This document shows, piece by piece, positions 27,011 through 36,979 of a DNA stretch of 60,644 bases. A model generated the notes under the pieces. The model was not told the origin of the DNA. It ran no database searches and saw only the letters and a program-made list of their open reading frames with translations. This DNA comes from Vampirovibrionales bacterium (GTDB taxonomy: Bacteria; Cyanobacteriota; Vampirovibrionia; Vampirovibrionales; JAJTHC01). Where the stretch lies: positions 1 through 60,644 of the forward strand of contig JBJTUH010000086.1 of NCBI GenBank assembly GCA_046080605.1, in the 5' to 3' direction. The first letter of the stretch is position 1. Each line of letters begins with the position of its first letter. A program made the translations under genes and the position numbers.

Positions 27011-29071
27011 ATGACCGTTGCCCAAGTTACCCCTCAGGTTGTTGATAATACCAAACCTGCACAACACGCTTTTCCCTACCCTGGTATTCCTGGCACCTCA
27101 GATGGTGCGAGTATGGTTGTCCATTGTGAAGTCCGTGGTGCCGAAGCAGGTATTGCTTACCCCATTACGCCTTCTACGGCGATGGGTGTAGGATTTGAAC
27201 AATATTTCTCTAATGGCTTCACTAATGTCTTTGGCACCCCTATTACGTGGGTACAACCTGAATCAGAACACTCTGCCGCTTCTTCTTGTGAAGGGTTTGC
27301 CGTTGCAGGGGGTCGTGTGACCAACTTCACAAGTGGACAAGGGCTTGTGTTGATGAAAGAAGTTCTTTATACCATTTCAGGAAAACGTTTACCGATCGTG
27401 TTTCAGATTGGTGCAAGAGCCTTAACCAGTCATTCTCTTAACGTCCATGCTGGACATGATGATATTATGAGTGTGATTGACTGTGGCTGGGGTATGTTAT
27501 TTGGACAGAACGCCCAAGAAGCTGGTGATTTAAGCCTTATTGCCAGACGTGCAGCTGAAAACTCTTTTACCCCTTTCTTTAATGTACAAGATGGTTTCTT
27601 AACCACTCACACCATTGAAAATGTACTATTTCCTGAAGATGAACTCGTCCATGAATTTTTAGGAAATCCTCGTGACAAAATTCGCTCCTTGTTTGACCCT
27701 GCTCGCCCATTAATGACAGGAGTTGTGCAAAACCAAGACAGCTACATGCAAGGTAAAATTGCCCAACGCTTTTTCTATGACAAAGTGAAGCCTGCAATCC
27801 AAGAAGCATTTGATGCGTTCTATCGCCTCACAGGTCGTCGTTATGACTTTATTCAGTGTACTCAAATGGAAGATGCTGACTATGCCATTATTGCGATGGG
27901 TTCTACGTCTGAAACTGCAGTGGCAACTTTAAAACACCTACGTAGTATGGGACATAAAGTAGGGGTTGTGAATGTCACCTGCTTCCGTCCATTCCCTGGG
28001 GCTGAAATTGCACGTGCAATTGCCAACTGTAAAGCAGTTGCAGTACTTGAGCGGATGGATGACCCTCTTTCCGAAGACAATCCCTTAACACTCCATATTG
28101 AAGCCGCACTTGCAAAAGCAGTCATGGGGGTTGAAGGCTACCCTCATTTAACTCGTCTGCCTTTGGTCACAACAGGGGTTGCCGGTCTGGGAAGTCGTGA
28201 TGTAACAGCGGGACATATGGTGTCTGTTGTGGAAAATATGGTGAATACGGATCATACACAACGTTTCTTCTCGGTAGGTATTGACCATGCGTCTGCATTA
28301 CCTGCGATTCCTGAACCCGATGTACGCCCTGCAGATGCGTTTTCCATCCGTGGTCACTCGGTAGGAGGATTTGGCTCTGTCACAACCAACAAAATTATTG
28401 CGACCTGTTTGGGCGATATTTTTGGGTTGAAAGTGCAAGCTTCTCCTAAATATGGTTCTGAGAAAAAGGGACTTCCCACAAACACCTACCTCACATGTAC
28501 CAAAGAAGACCGTATTCGTACGCATAGCGAGCTGATTAACGTTGAGTTTGTCCCCTTAATGGATCCAAGTACTTGGGCAATGGGGAACCCTCTGGTTGGG
28601 TTGTCAGAAGGGGGAACCCTCTTCCAGCATACCCGTATCGAAGATCCTCAAGGGTTCTGGAATAGCCTTCCTGATTGGGCAAAGTATTATATCAAGGAAC
28701 ATAACATCCGAGTCTTTGGGGTTGATACGATTCGTATCGCACAAGCCTGTTGTCAATCGGATGATTCTTTGGTGCAACGTTTCCAAGGAATTGTACTCCT
28801 CGGTGTGTTTTTACGCTTAACGCCTTTCCAAAAGAATCTTGGATTAAGTAATGAAGCCCTTTTTGAAAAAGTTGAAATCCCCATCAGAAAATATTTCGGC
28901 AAACGTGGTGATGCTGTGGTTGCTGACAATATGAAAGCCGTCAAACTCGGCTTCCAAGAGGTTCTTGAAATCCCTCGTGCCATGATGGAAGCAACTCCCG
29001 CAGACATCCTTGAGCGTGGTCGTCAAGAGTGGGAAGCAAAAGGTAAAGACACTAACGCCTTCTTTATCTAA
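27011..29071 (+). CDS. Pyruvate:ferredoxin oxidoreductase, alpha+gamma chain (N-terminal half of a NifJ-type enzyme)
   Basis: YPITPS, ESEH, FTSGQGL.LM, DGFLTTH, GLGSRD, GGFGSVTTNK, YGSEKKG.PT. Confidence 0.93.
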   Translation: MTVAQVTPQVVDNTKPAQHAFPYPGIPGTSDGASMVVHCEVRGAEAGIAYPITPSTAMGVGFEQYFSNGFTNVFGTPITWVQPESEHSAASSCEGFAVAGGRVTNFTSGQGLVLMKEVLYTISGKRLPIVFQIGARALTSHSLNVHAGHDDIMSVIDCGWGMLFGQNAQEAGDLSLIARRAAENSFTPFFNVQDGFLTTHTIENVLFPEDELVHEFLGNPRDKIRSLFDPARPLMTGVVQNQDSYMQGKIAQRFFYDKVKPAIQEAFDAFYRLTGRRYDFIQCTQMEDADYAIIAMGSTSETAVATLKHLRSMGHKVGVVNVTCFRPFPGAEIARAIANCKAVAVLERMDDPLSEDNPLTLHIEAALAKAVMGVEGYPHLTRLPLVTTGVAGLGSRDVTAGHMVSVVENMVNTDHTQRFFSVGIDHASALPAIPEPDVRPADAFSIRGHSVGGFGSVTTNKIIATCLGDIFGLKVQASPKYGSEKKGLPTNTYLTCTKEDRIRTHSELINVEFVPLMDPSTWAMGNPLVGLSEGGTLFQHTRIEDPQGFWNSLPDWAKYYIKEHNIRVFGVDTIRIAQACCQSDDSLVQRFQGIVLLGVFLRLTPFQKNLGLSNEALFEKVEIPIRKYFGKRGDAVVADNMKAVKLGFQEVLEIPRAMMEATPADILERGRQEWEAKGKDTNAFFI

Positions 29072-29083
29072 AGGTTTTCTTAC

Positions 29084-29121
29084 AAAGAAGAGATTCTCAT
29101 GAATATGAGACTCTCTTCTTT
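29084..29121 (+). terminator. Stem-loop between the two PFOR genes
   Basis: AAAGAAGAGA-T-TCTCAT...ATGAGA-C-TCTCTTCTTT inverted repeat. Confidence 0.5.
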
Positions 29122-29205
29122 ACATACTCGTTTTTATCGTGTGTGTTCAGTGTTGTATTCTTGGACGCTTTCCTTTTTACTTCTTCCCTGCTTAGGAGTT
29201 TTTCT

Positions 29206-30867
29206 ATGATGATGCTCGCGACAGAAGCCACTTCTTCTGCACAACGCAACCCTCGTGACCTTGACCAAGCCTATCCCGAATGGTATGACGCTTCCCGTGC
29301 CAAAGAGGTGGTACATGCCTACAATACAGGCTCTGGCTCAAACCAAGTAGCTGATACCTTTGTGGCTCAAAGTATTTTGCCCTCTCATACAGGAGCCTTG
29401 CGTGATTTCAGCTATATTGCCCCTGAACTCCCTGAGTTTAACAGTGAAAACTGTGTAGGCTGTATGGATTGCGTCACCAACTGCCCCGATACTGCCATTC
29501 TGGGAAAAGTCGTCACCAAAGCAGACCTTGAAGCCAAGTTGGCAAGTGTCACCGACGAAGACCACCGTAGCTACTTAGAAAGTCAGTTTGCAGAAACCGT
29601 CAAGTATCACGGACAATTTGAAAAGCGTCGTGCCAAAGATGCTACTATCCCTGAAGGTGCCATGTTTGGTATTTTCATTGACCCTACCAAATGTAAAGGG
29701 TGTGGAGAGTGTGTTGAGGTATGTGGCACCCATGAAGCTCTCACCATGATTAAAAAAACACCTGAAAACTTACCTACGTATCAGGATGCGTTTAGTTTCT
29801 ATCAGGAGTTGCCTGCTTCCCCTGAAACACATATTAGCAAAACGGATATGCGTGATATCATGCTCCGTCCTGGCAATATTAATCAGTATGTAGGCGGTGC
29901 TGGTTCATGTATGGGATGTGGAGAAGCCTCGGTCATTCGCCAAGTGATGGGTTTAACACATGACATGGTCGGTGACAAATATGGTATTGTTGCCTCAACA
30001 GGCTGTAATACAGTGTATGCCTCCACCTACCCTTATAACCCTTATGCTGCTCCTTGGACAAACTCGCTGTTTGAAAACGGTCCTACCGATGCCATGGGCA
30101 TTCGTACTTTCTGGGATCAACAAGGACATGATGACTGGGTACTATGGAACATCGGTGGCGATGGTGCCATGATGGATATTGGTTGGAACGCCCTATCTCG
30201 GATGCTTGCTTCTGGGATGAACATCAAAGTGTTAGTCCTTGATACCCAAGTGTACTCCAACACAGGCGGGCAGCAGTCAACCTCTTCTTATACAGGGCAA
30301 GAGTCTAAAATGGGTGCCCACGGTAAAGCCCATACAGGTAAACATGAGCGTCGAAAAGAGCTGGGTCAGCTCTGCATGATGCACCCTCATGTGTATGTGG
30401 CACAAACTATTGGCTCTAATACCACCCACTTCTACAAAGCGATTAAGCGTGCCATTGAGTTTGATGGTCCTGCTGTTGTGATTGTATACACCACATGTCA
30501 GCCTGAACATGGTGTGGCAGATAATATGGCTGCTCATCAAGCAAAACTTGCGGTGCAATCTCGTGCATTCCCCGTGTATGTCTATGACCCAGAAGCTGGT
30601 CCTACCATTAAAACAAGACTCTCGCTGGTAGGAAACCCTAGCATTGACCGTGACTGGCACAGTGCAAAGAGTACAGAAGGTAGCATGGAACAAGTCGACT
30701 TCTTGACTTGGGCAAGAACCGAAGGACGCTTTGCAAAACACTTTGATAAACAAGGCAATCCTAAAACAGAGTCCATTTTGGAAGCTCAAAAAGATCGTCT
30801 TGCCAACTGGCGATTGCTGCAAGAGCTTGCAGGTATTGAGAACAAAGACCTCATTCCTTCTAGCTAA
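29206..30867 (+). CDS. Pyruvate:ferredoxin oxidoreductase, ferredoxin+beta (TPP-binding) chain
   Basis: Two CxxCxxCxxxC motifs, GSCMGCGE, TGC, SLFEN, GGDG...DIG, DTQVYSNTGGQ. SD AGGAG before ATG 29206. Confidence 0.93.
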   Translation: MMMLATEATSSAQRNPRDLDQAYPEWYDASRAKEVVHAYNTGSGSNQVADTFVAQSILPSHTGALRDFSYIAPELPEFNSENCVGCMDCVTNCPDTAILGKVVTKADLEAKLASVTDEDHRSYLESQFAETVKYHGQFEKRRAKDATIPEGAMFGIFIDPTKCKGCGECVEVCGTHEALTMIKKTPENLPTYQDAFSFYQELPASPETHISKTDMRDIMLRPGNINQYVGGAGSCMGCGEASVIRQVMGLTHDMVGDKYGIVASTGCNTVYASTYPYNPYAAPWTNSLFENGPTDAMGIRTFWDQQGHDDWVLWNIGGDGAMMDIGWNALSRMLASGMNIKVLVLDTQVYSNTGGQQSTSSYTGQESKMGAHGKAHTGKHERRKELGQLCMMHPHVYVAQTIGSNTTHFYKAIKRAIEFDGPAVVIVYTTCQPEHGVADNMAAHQAKLAVQSRAFPVYVYDPEAGPTIKTRLSLVGNPSIDRDWHSAKSTEGSMEQVDFLTWARTEGRFAKHFDKQGNPKTESILEAQKDRLANWRLLQELAGIENKDLIPSS

Positions 30868-30877
30868 TCTCTGTGTT

Positions 30878-30909
30878 AAAGCCCTGCTGTTCTTAAGGCA
30901 GGGCTTTTT
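30878..30909 (+). terminator. Intrinsic terminator after PFOR
   Basis: AAAGCCCTGC...GCAGGGCTTT followed by Ts. Confidence 0.75.
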
Positions 30910-30974
30910 CTTCTGCATCAAACTCCTGATTCTCTCTCTTCATTCACACGCAACATTTTTTGTTAAGGAACTTC

Positions 30975-31895
30975 ATGATGTCTAACATGCAAGACCTCTC
31001 AAACGCTTGTACCCAAACACAACCAAGTATTTCAGCGAAAAATCTCCTGATTGCGCTTCAACCTGTGGTAAAGCAGCATTTACAATCGCCTCGTGGCCTA
31101 GCCTCTCAAACACAACAGCAGCTTGCGGATACCTACAACTGCCATGATGAAGCACAAGAAGCCCTTTTCCTTCAAGGGAAAACAGTGCTTAAAGAACCGC
31201 TACTCCCCTATGAGTGGGACATCTTGCTTTCCCCTTCTTACACCCCCAGTAAAGAGGAACGTCTACGTTATTTGCTCCCCATGGGCTTAGGACACTGTAG
31301 CCCTTTTACGTTGCAACAACTCATTGGCTATGTCACCAGCCAAGGCATTGAGGGCTGTCTGGTACGCCAAGATGGTTCGGAACTACGCTTTCCTTTGCCT
31401 GAACCCACCATTGAGGGGTTTATCACAAAGCTTGGATTGCATAAGCCTCTTTGTCCTGAGACAGGTCGCTTATTACTCTCCCATGCAGACTGGAACACCT
31501 TAACAGCTTATGACCAGCAAGGGTGCTTATTTGCATTAAGGCAAGACATTTGGCAAAAAACCGAACTTAGACGCAACTTGCTGAAAGAGACACTACTGCC
31601 TATCATACTGCAACAACCCGCCTCTACATGGAACCTACTACTCGATACTCTCACAAGTCATGCAACGTCTTATCGTCCAAAATCGTTAGAAGACTTGCTA
31701 AAGCAACTCCACAGTGTCAAAGCATCCTGTGAACAAGACCTTGAGCAGGTGACAGCGAGAGGGTTTCATCATGATGAAATCAAAGCAAGGTACCAAGATG
31801 AAGAGATTATTGAGCGTTTAGGTCAGAAAAATGTTCAACATCAGTATCAGCATTGGATTCACCAAACAAACCAGCTCCTCAATGTGTTTCAATAA
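30975..31895 (+). CDS. Hypothetical protein
   Basis: ORF of about 306 aa with an AAGGAA RBS-like sequence; no family recognised. Confidence 0.65.
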   Translation: MMSNMQDLSNACTQTQPSISAKNLLIALQPVVKQHLQSPRGLASQTQQQLADTYNCHDEAQEALFLQGKTVLKEPLLPYEWDILLSPSYTPSKEERLRYLLPMGLGHCSPFTLQQLIGYVTSQGIEGCLVRQDGSELRFPLPEPTIEGFITKLGLHKPLCPETGRLLLSHADWNTLTAYDQQGCLFALRQDIWQKTELRRNLLKETLLPIILQQPASTWNLLLDTLTSHATSYRPKSLEDLLKQLHSVKASCEQDLEQVTARGFHHDEIKARYQDEEIIERLGQKNVQHQYQHWIHQTNQLLNVFQ

Positions 31896-31916
31896 CCCCA
31901 TTTAAGGCTTTCCGCA

Positions 31917-32744
31917 CTACTCTAACCGTTCTTGTAATGCCTCTTGTAAGGAAAGTAATCGGGAGCGGTTTGAGAGGTGTTGCAAATAAAAGTCATTGTA
32001 ACGAGACACTTCTTCCCAGACTGGCTTCGTTTGATGCTTATTCCGTAAGGTAATAGGATACATCACATCATCAGACTCGTTTTTCTCTTGCGTTACTGAT
32101 ACCATGAGTTCCATTGTTTCTATCTCTGCAAGCTCTTTACGATGAGGCTCAGAGACTATTGCACTCTGGAACGTAGGAGATTTCTGGGTGACTTCCGAAC
32201 GATGAATCACCATGGGTTCTAATCGTTGTGGCTCCTGTAGCATAATCGCCGTTGTGGGGGTTTCTAGCAAGGGTTCAGCATACGTGAGTGCTATCGATTG
32301 ATACCCTTGGGAAGCGGGAATAGATACCTTTAAAGGAAAAGCTTTTGCCTCCGTTGTCAAACTATCTGCTTTGACAACCTGAAAGTCTTTATGAGGCGTT
32401 TTAGGGGATTGCGTCCCTTGGGTTTGACGTGGCTTTAACCGTGGAAACAACATGGTAAGCTCTTGATAAATCGTGGCTTTAGACCGCTGGGTGGCATGAA
32501 TGTGATGAGAGGAGCCAGAAGATATGATGCGTGGTTCATCAAATAATTCTTGTCTCACGAACGCATGACCGTGCAGTGCATGTTTCACCAGGTTCTGAGA
32601 AAACTGCTTAAAGGTATGCCAAAGCCAAGGTAAGAAAGACCATAGCTTACCCGTGTTTTGTGCCTCCGAAAAAGAAGGCTGTTCGAGTACATACGTTTTA
32701 AGTGTGGTATAAGTCGTACGCAAAAATGAATGTATCACCATCAT
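31917..32744 (-). CDS. Hypothetical protein
   Basis: 275-aa ORF filling the gap between genes; no family recognised. Confidence 0.55.
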   Translation of the reverse strand: MMVIHSFLRTTYTTLKTYVLEQPSFSEAQNTGKLWSFLPWLWHTFKQFSQNLVKHALHGHAFVRQELFDEPRIISSGSSHHIHATQRSKATIYQELTMLFPRLKPRQTQGTQSPKTPHKDFQVVKADSLTTEAKAFPLKVSIPASQGYQSIALTYAEPLLETPTTAIMLQEPQRLEPMVIHRSEVTQKSPTFQSAIVSEPHRKELAEIETMELMVSVTQEKNESDDVMYPITLRNKHQTKPVWEEVSRYNDFYLQHLSNRSRLLSLQEALQERLE

Positions 32745-33115
32745 AGACCTCGAAACCCTTAAAAATCACACAACCGTTCAATACTGGTATCTATCACTAC
32801 TCTCACAATGGTGCATGATAGCAACAGCTTTATGAAAGGGTACACAAGCACACTGTAGGTGCATCACCATAACATTAAGGATAGTCATAACAAAGAATCT
32901 CTGAGGTCAGAGGCTTCAAGCCACAGAACTCCACTATTTGTGCGACTTTTACGCTTAAAATACTCCTCTAAACAGAGGGGGGTTATTGAAGAAAGTTCGC
33001 CTTACACCCTCTGTTTCCTGTATGATAGCAGTATTACAGCCTTATACGGTATCTTTCAAGTACCGTATGACATTGTATCGTTCTCCCTGTGTCAACCAGA
33101 AAGAGGTTTGAAACC

Positions 33116-33553
33116 ATGATGACTGCAACACATGTACAAGTTAAGCAAGTGATTCAAGTGAAAACACTTGTGACATCCTCCTTTAAAAGCCAAGCGACCA
33201 AAGACCTTAAAGAAGAGCTTGACCTCATTGAATCGCAAATGATTCAAATTGAAGCCCAGTCAAACGAAGCTCACAAACAACTTGAACAACTTGCCAAAAC
33301 AGGGCAAAGTGTTCTTGCTCAAATGGAACAACTCAATCAAGAAGTGATTGCTCGTAAACAACAACTTCTTGGACTCAAAATGGAAGTGACCTCACAGCTT
33401 TCAGCCATTGAAAAAGCTCAAGAAGGAAGCTATCTGACGACAGGAAACCTTGAAGGGATTGTCACCCTTGCAGTGGGTGACCATTTGTATGACAAAGTTC
33501 GTAATACAGAAATCCTCGTCAAAGATGGCATCATTACCTCTATTTTAGGATAA
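33116..33553 (+). CDS. YlqD family protein
   Basis: V.VKTLVT..FK, coiled coil, LAVGD.L......EILVKDGII; upstream of rimM as in Bacillota and Cyanobacteria. Confidence 0.85.
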   Translation: MMTATHVQVKQVIQVKTLVTSSFKSQATKDLKEELDLIESQMIQIEAQSNEAHKQLEQLAKTGQSVLAQMEQLNQEVIARKQQLLGLKMEVTSQLSAIEKAQEGSYLTTGNLEGIVTLAVGDHLYDKVRNTEILVKDGIITSILG

Positions 33554-33617
33554 GGCTCTGTTCTCACAGTATTCGCCCTTGCTATGTCCCCATGTTTGCA
33601 CCCTAAGCTACCCTCTC

Positions 33618-34415
33618 ATGACGCTACCCTCTCACTCCAAACACCTTCCCTTAAAAAGTCTCCCAAGTACCACCTACACGTATGACGAGCTCATCGCCCA
33701 TCATACTGCCGTGGGTTACGTCCAAGACGCTCATGGGGTTAAGGGAGATATGCACTGGGTCTTTTTTTCAGAGGAGCCACACCACATCTGGAAGAGTCAA
33801 ACGCCAGTCAAAGTGTGGCTTTGTCCCCGAGCCCCGGGGAAGCATCGTCCTAGTGCTGGTGCAACACCACTAGAGGGCTGGTGGCTAGAAGTAATGGGCT
33901 GCCACACGAAGTCCTTAAATCATAAGACCATCGGACATATGAAAGTAAAGGGCATTCAAAACAGAGAAATGGCACTTGCCCTAAAAGGATGCGAGCTTTG
34001 GATGCTTGACATCGACCTCAGTGACGCAAAACACTCTGAGACACTTACGAAAGATGCGACAAAAGAGCCGTTGATAGGAGTCGCCGTGCTTTCCCTTCCC
34101 CTCTACCAGTACCGAGGACTCAACGTCTACAGCCAAGAAAGCTTTCACACAAAAAAGCCCCCTATTGGATGGGTATCTGAAGTGCTAGAGACAGGAGACG
34201 GCACGCAATGTTTTTTAGAGCTTACGAGCATGCTAAATCCTATAGCAGAAGGAACGACTCAAGAAAAACCCCAAGAAAAGCCGCTCATTCCTTTAAATCC
34301 TTTGCAAGTGGTTTGCGTTCACCCTCAGGAACGTGCCGTTATTTTGGAAGAAACGCTTTATACTTGGTTACTCAGTCTATGGGAAGACCGTCATCCTGAG
34401 TCACTCTCCCCTTAA
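33618..34415 (+). CDS. rimM: 16S rRNA processing protein RimM (divergent, with insertions)
   Basis: VG.V..AHGVKG, KGI.NRE.A.ALKG.EL, GL.V......IG.V.EV.ETG, LIP motifs. Confidence 0.75.
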   Translation: MTLPSHSKHLPLKSLPSTTYTYDELIAHHTAVGYVQDAHGVKGDMHWVFFSEEPHHIWKSQTPVKVWLCPRAPGKHRPSAGATPLEGWWLEVMGCHTKSLNHKTIGHMKVKGIQNREMALALKGCELWMLDIDLSDAKHSETLTKDATKEPLIGVAVLSLPLYQYRGLNVYSQESFHTKKPPIGWVSEVLETGDGTQCFLELTSMLNPIAEGTTQEKPQEKPLIPLNPLQVVCVHPQERAVILEETLYTWLLSLWEDRHPESLSP

Positions 34416-35260
34416 GCATTAGCAGCTGAAAGTTCCATTTGGGCTTCATCTCGATTCCGAGTCCAGAGCTGTTTGGCTTGGGGTCCACCATTCATCATGC
34501 CATTATTCGAGTAGAATTGCTGGGAAAGCGACTCGTCTCGTGCCGCTTTTCCAATCCACTCAGGTGCAAGACTGTTAGCGGTAATCAATCCTAAGCCAGC
34601 ACCAGCAAGTCCACCCAACGCCACAAGAGGAATCGCAGCGCCTCCTAGTAATGCTGTACCCGCCATCCAAGTGAGTCCTGCACCTAAGCCCAAGCCTGCA
34701 ACAGTGGCACGAGGCGCCCATTCCTTTGCGACCTCAAACTGTTTTTTGTATCCAGCAGCCACAGCAGTAGAGCTTGCCGCCATAGGGTTAATCCCTAATT
34801 GTTGCTGGTTCCAGTTTAGAATGTTGTCTTGCCAAAAAGGAATATTAGGATTACTAGGGTTAGTCAATCCACCTAGTGTCGTTGGTAAAATGGTTGTACC
34901 CAGAGGAGAAGAAGCTTGCGTCGTTGAAGGGGTTGTAGAAGAGGGGGTTCCTACAGGGGTCGTCCGAGCGGGATCGGTCACGACAGTCGCCTGATTAGGC
35001 ATCATGCCCCCAAGCCAGTTCTGAACCGCAAATGGTCCTTGAATAGGAGGCAAAACATTCTGCCCATTCAATTGAGGCATCATGCCGGGAATCACCGTGG
35101 CTCCTGTACCCGTAGGAAAGGCTCCTGTAAACCCATTCACCATGGGTGTTTGCCATCCATACCCATAGCTATTAATGGGCATGGTAGAAGGTGCTGCTAA
35201 AAGAGACATCTGAGCAGCGTAAGCTGACGCATACGGATTACCCAAGGTCGTATTCATCAT
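34412..35260 (-). CDS. Hypothetical Pro/Thr/Gly-rich protein with a glycine-zipper segment
   Basis: Low-complexity N-terminus; AGLGLGAGL...GGLAGAGLG hydrophobic hairpin. Confidence 0.7.
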   Translation of the reverse strand: MMNTTLGNPYASAYAAQMSLLAAPSTMPINSYGYGWQTPMVNGFTGAFPTGTGATVIPGMMPQLNGQNVLPPIQGPFAVQNWLGGMMPNQATVVTDPARTTPVGTPSSTTPSTTQASSPLGTTILPTTLGGLTNPSNPNIPFWQDNILNWNQQQLGINPMAASSTAVAAGYKKQFEVAKEWAPRATVAGLGLGAGLTWMAGTALLGGAAIPLVALGGLAGAGLGLITANSLAPEWIGKAARDESLSQQFYSNNGMMNGGPQAKQLWTRNRDEAQMELSAANA

Positions 35261-35447
35261 AATGATGTCGATTCCCCACGAAACAAAAGAGCTTAAACAG
35301 TGATGAGCCTAAACGCTGAATAGAAACGCTGAAAAAATGGAGTATGACCAAAACAAAGTCATAGAACGACGATCGTCGTTCATGCTTAACACCCTTGTTG
35401 CTATTAGGATAAAACCTCTCCAAAGAAGAAATCGTGCTATAGAGGCT

Positions 35448-35849
35448 TCATCCCATCTGGGTGATATAACCGTATAGCCATGCCCCTAGCACGATATTCA
35501 GGACAGGATACAACAGGCTTACAGGATGACCATAGCCATACTGTTGAGCCAACACGGTATACTCTGTCACCAGAGAAGAAAACGTGGTTAAGCCGCCTAG
35601 GAACCCCACTTGCAAGGTCGTTTGTACCATAGGTGTCACCTGTCCTTGAGACACCCAACGCATCAAGAACCCTGCAAGCAGACACCCTACAACATTCACA
35701 CTCAACACAGCCCAAGCAGACATAGACCATCCAAGCCAACCTTGCACTTGCCCCTGTGCTTGCTGGAACAATAACACCATTGCAAAGCGTAGGCTACATC
35801 CTACCAAGCCCGCCAAAGCCACTGTTAGCCATAGAGTTCCAGTGGTCAT
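35448..35849 (-). CDS. crcB: Fluoride channel CrcB/Fluc
   Basis: G...RF, L.VNVVGCLL.G, GFLGGLTTFSS signature. Confidence 0.88.
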   Translation of the reverse strand: MTTGTLWLTVALAGLVGCSLRFAMVLLFQQAQGQVQGWLGWSMSAWAVLSVNVVGCLLAGFLMRWVSQGQVTPMVQTTLQVGFLGGLTTFSSLVTEYTVLAQQYGYGHPVSLLYPVLNIVLGAWLYGYITQMG

Positions 35850-35874
35850 ACCTCATACCCTCTACCTACACTCA

Positions 35875-36978
35875 TTATAATTGATCACTTGAACGCTCAC
35901 CACGATGCCACGCCACAAAGCGTGCAATCCCCTCTTGGAATGAAACCTTCGGGCTGTAGCCCACTAAACGTTGTGCTTTTGTAATATCCGCTGCCGTGAG
36001 CCGTACATCCCCTTCCTGCATCGGTAAAACATTGATAAGTGCTCTTTTTTGCGTGGCATGCTCAATCGTTTGAATCATTTCTTTTAAACTGACAGGAGAC
36101 CCGCCCCCTAAATTGAGTATTTCAAAAAGAGGCTCTTTTTGCATACATAAGTAATGTCCCACCTGTGTTAGTCCTTCTATGAGGTCAAGAATATAGGTGT
36201 AGTCTCGTTGTGTCGATCCATCACCATAGCGCTGAATGGGGCGACCATGGTCAATGGCATCAATAAACTGATGAATTGCCAAATCAGGGCGTTGCTCAGG
36301 ACCATACACAGTAAAGAATCTGACACACATAATTGACAGCCTGTAGATACTCACATAGGGTGCTAAAAGGTGTTCACACATCAACTTACTGGCAGCATAA
36401 GGAGACAATGGAGGAACAGTCAACACTTCTTCTTCTTTAAACGGTCTCATCCATTCATTTTCTGAAAGCTGTGCCTGTTTATAAGCACCCAACTCGCCAT
36501 ACACCGAACTAGACGATGCAAACACAATACGAGTAATCTCTAGCTTGCGAAGGTGTTCCATCAAGGTAAAGGTGGCCTGAACATTATGACGCAAATACCA
36601 TTCAGGATGTTGAATGGAGGGACGAACCCCCGCACGTCCTGCTAAATGATAAACCAGCCCTTGAGGAGCTTTTAAGCAAGCTTGCCATGTTTGCAAGATA
36701 GCAGCATAGCTTTCAGCATCACACAAATCAACCTCGTACACCTGTAAGTGTTGGCTTGCAATCTGATGGGTTGCCATGTAGTCATAAAGCTGTTGGATAC
36801 GTTGATGTTTCATCGTAGGGTCATAGTAAGTGTCAAAGGCATCAAGTATCAATACCTGATAGCCTTTTTCCAAATGCCATCGTGCCAAATGATGACCAAT
36901 AAACCCTGCTCCCCCTGTAATAAGCACCGCAGGTTTCTCAAGGGTCACATGGGGATGGTGTGTATGTTCCCACATCAC
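35875..36978 (-). CDS. NAD-dependent epimerase (UDP-glucuronate 4-epimerase-like)
   Basis: ITGGAGFIG, AGVRPS, ASSSSVYG, SPYAASK, RFFTVYGP.QRPDLA. Confidence 0.9.
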   Translation of the reverse strand: MMWEHTHHPHVTLEKPAVLITGGAGFIGHHLARWHLEKGYQVLILDAFDTYYDPTMKHQRIQQLYDYMATHQIASQHLQVYEVDLCDAESYAAILQTWQACLKAPQGLVYHLAGRAGVRPSIQHPEWYLRHNVQATFTLMEHLRKLEITRIVFASSSSVYGELGAYKQAQLSENEWMRPFKEEEVLTVPPLSPYAASKLMCEHLLAPYVSIYRLSIMCVRFFTVYGPEQRPDLAIHQFIDAIDHGRPIQRYGDGSTQRDYTYILDLIEGLTQVGHYLCMQKEPLFEILNLGGGSPVSLKEMIQTIEHATQKRALINVLPMQEGDVRLTAADITKAQRLVGYSPKVSFQEGIARFVAWHRGERSSDQL

Positions 36979-36979
36979 A

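Noticed and set aside
30277-30921. Long antisense or alternate-frame ORFs (e.g. 30277-30921, 2341-2754, 1387-1836, 3935-4201, 50763-51080)
   Set aside because: They are shadows of well-supported genes and have no recognisable motifs.
32970-33016. AAACAGAGGG/CCCTCTGTTT inverted repeat upstream of ylqD
   Set aside because: A 10-bp stem with a 27-nt loop and no other support for a function.
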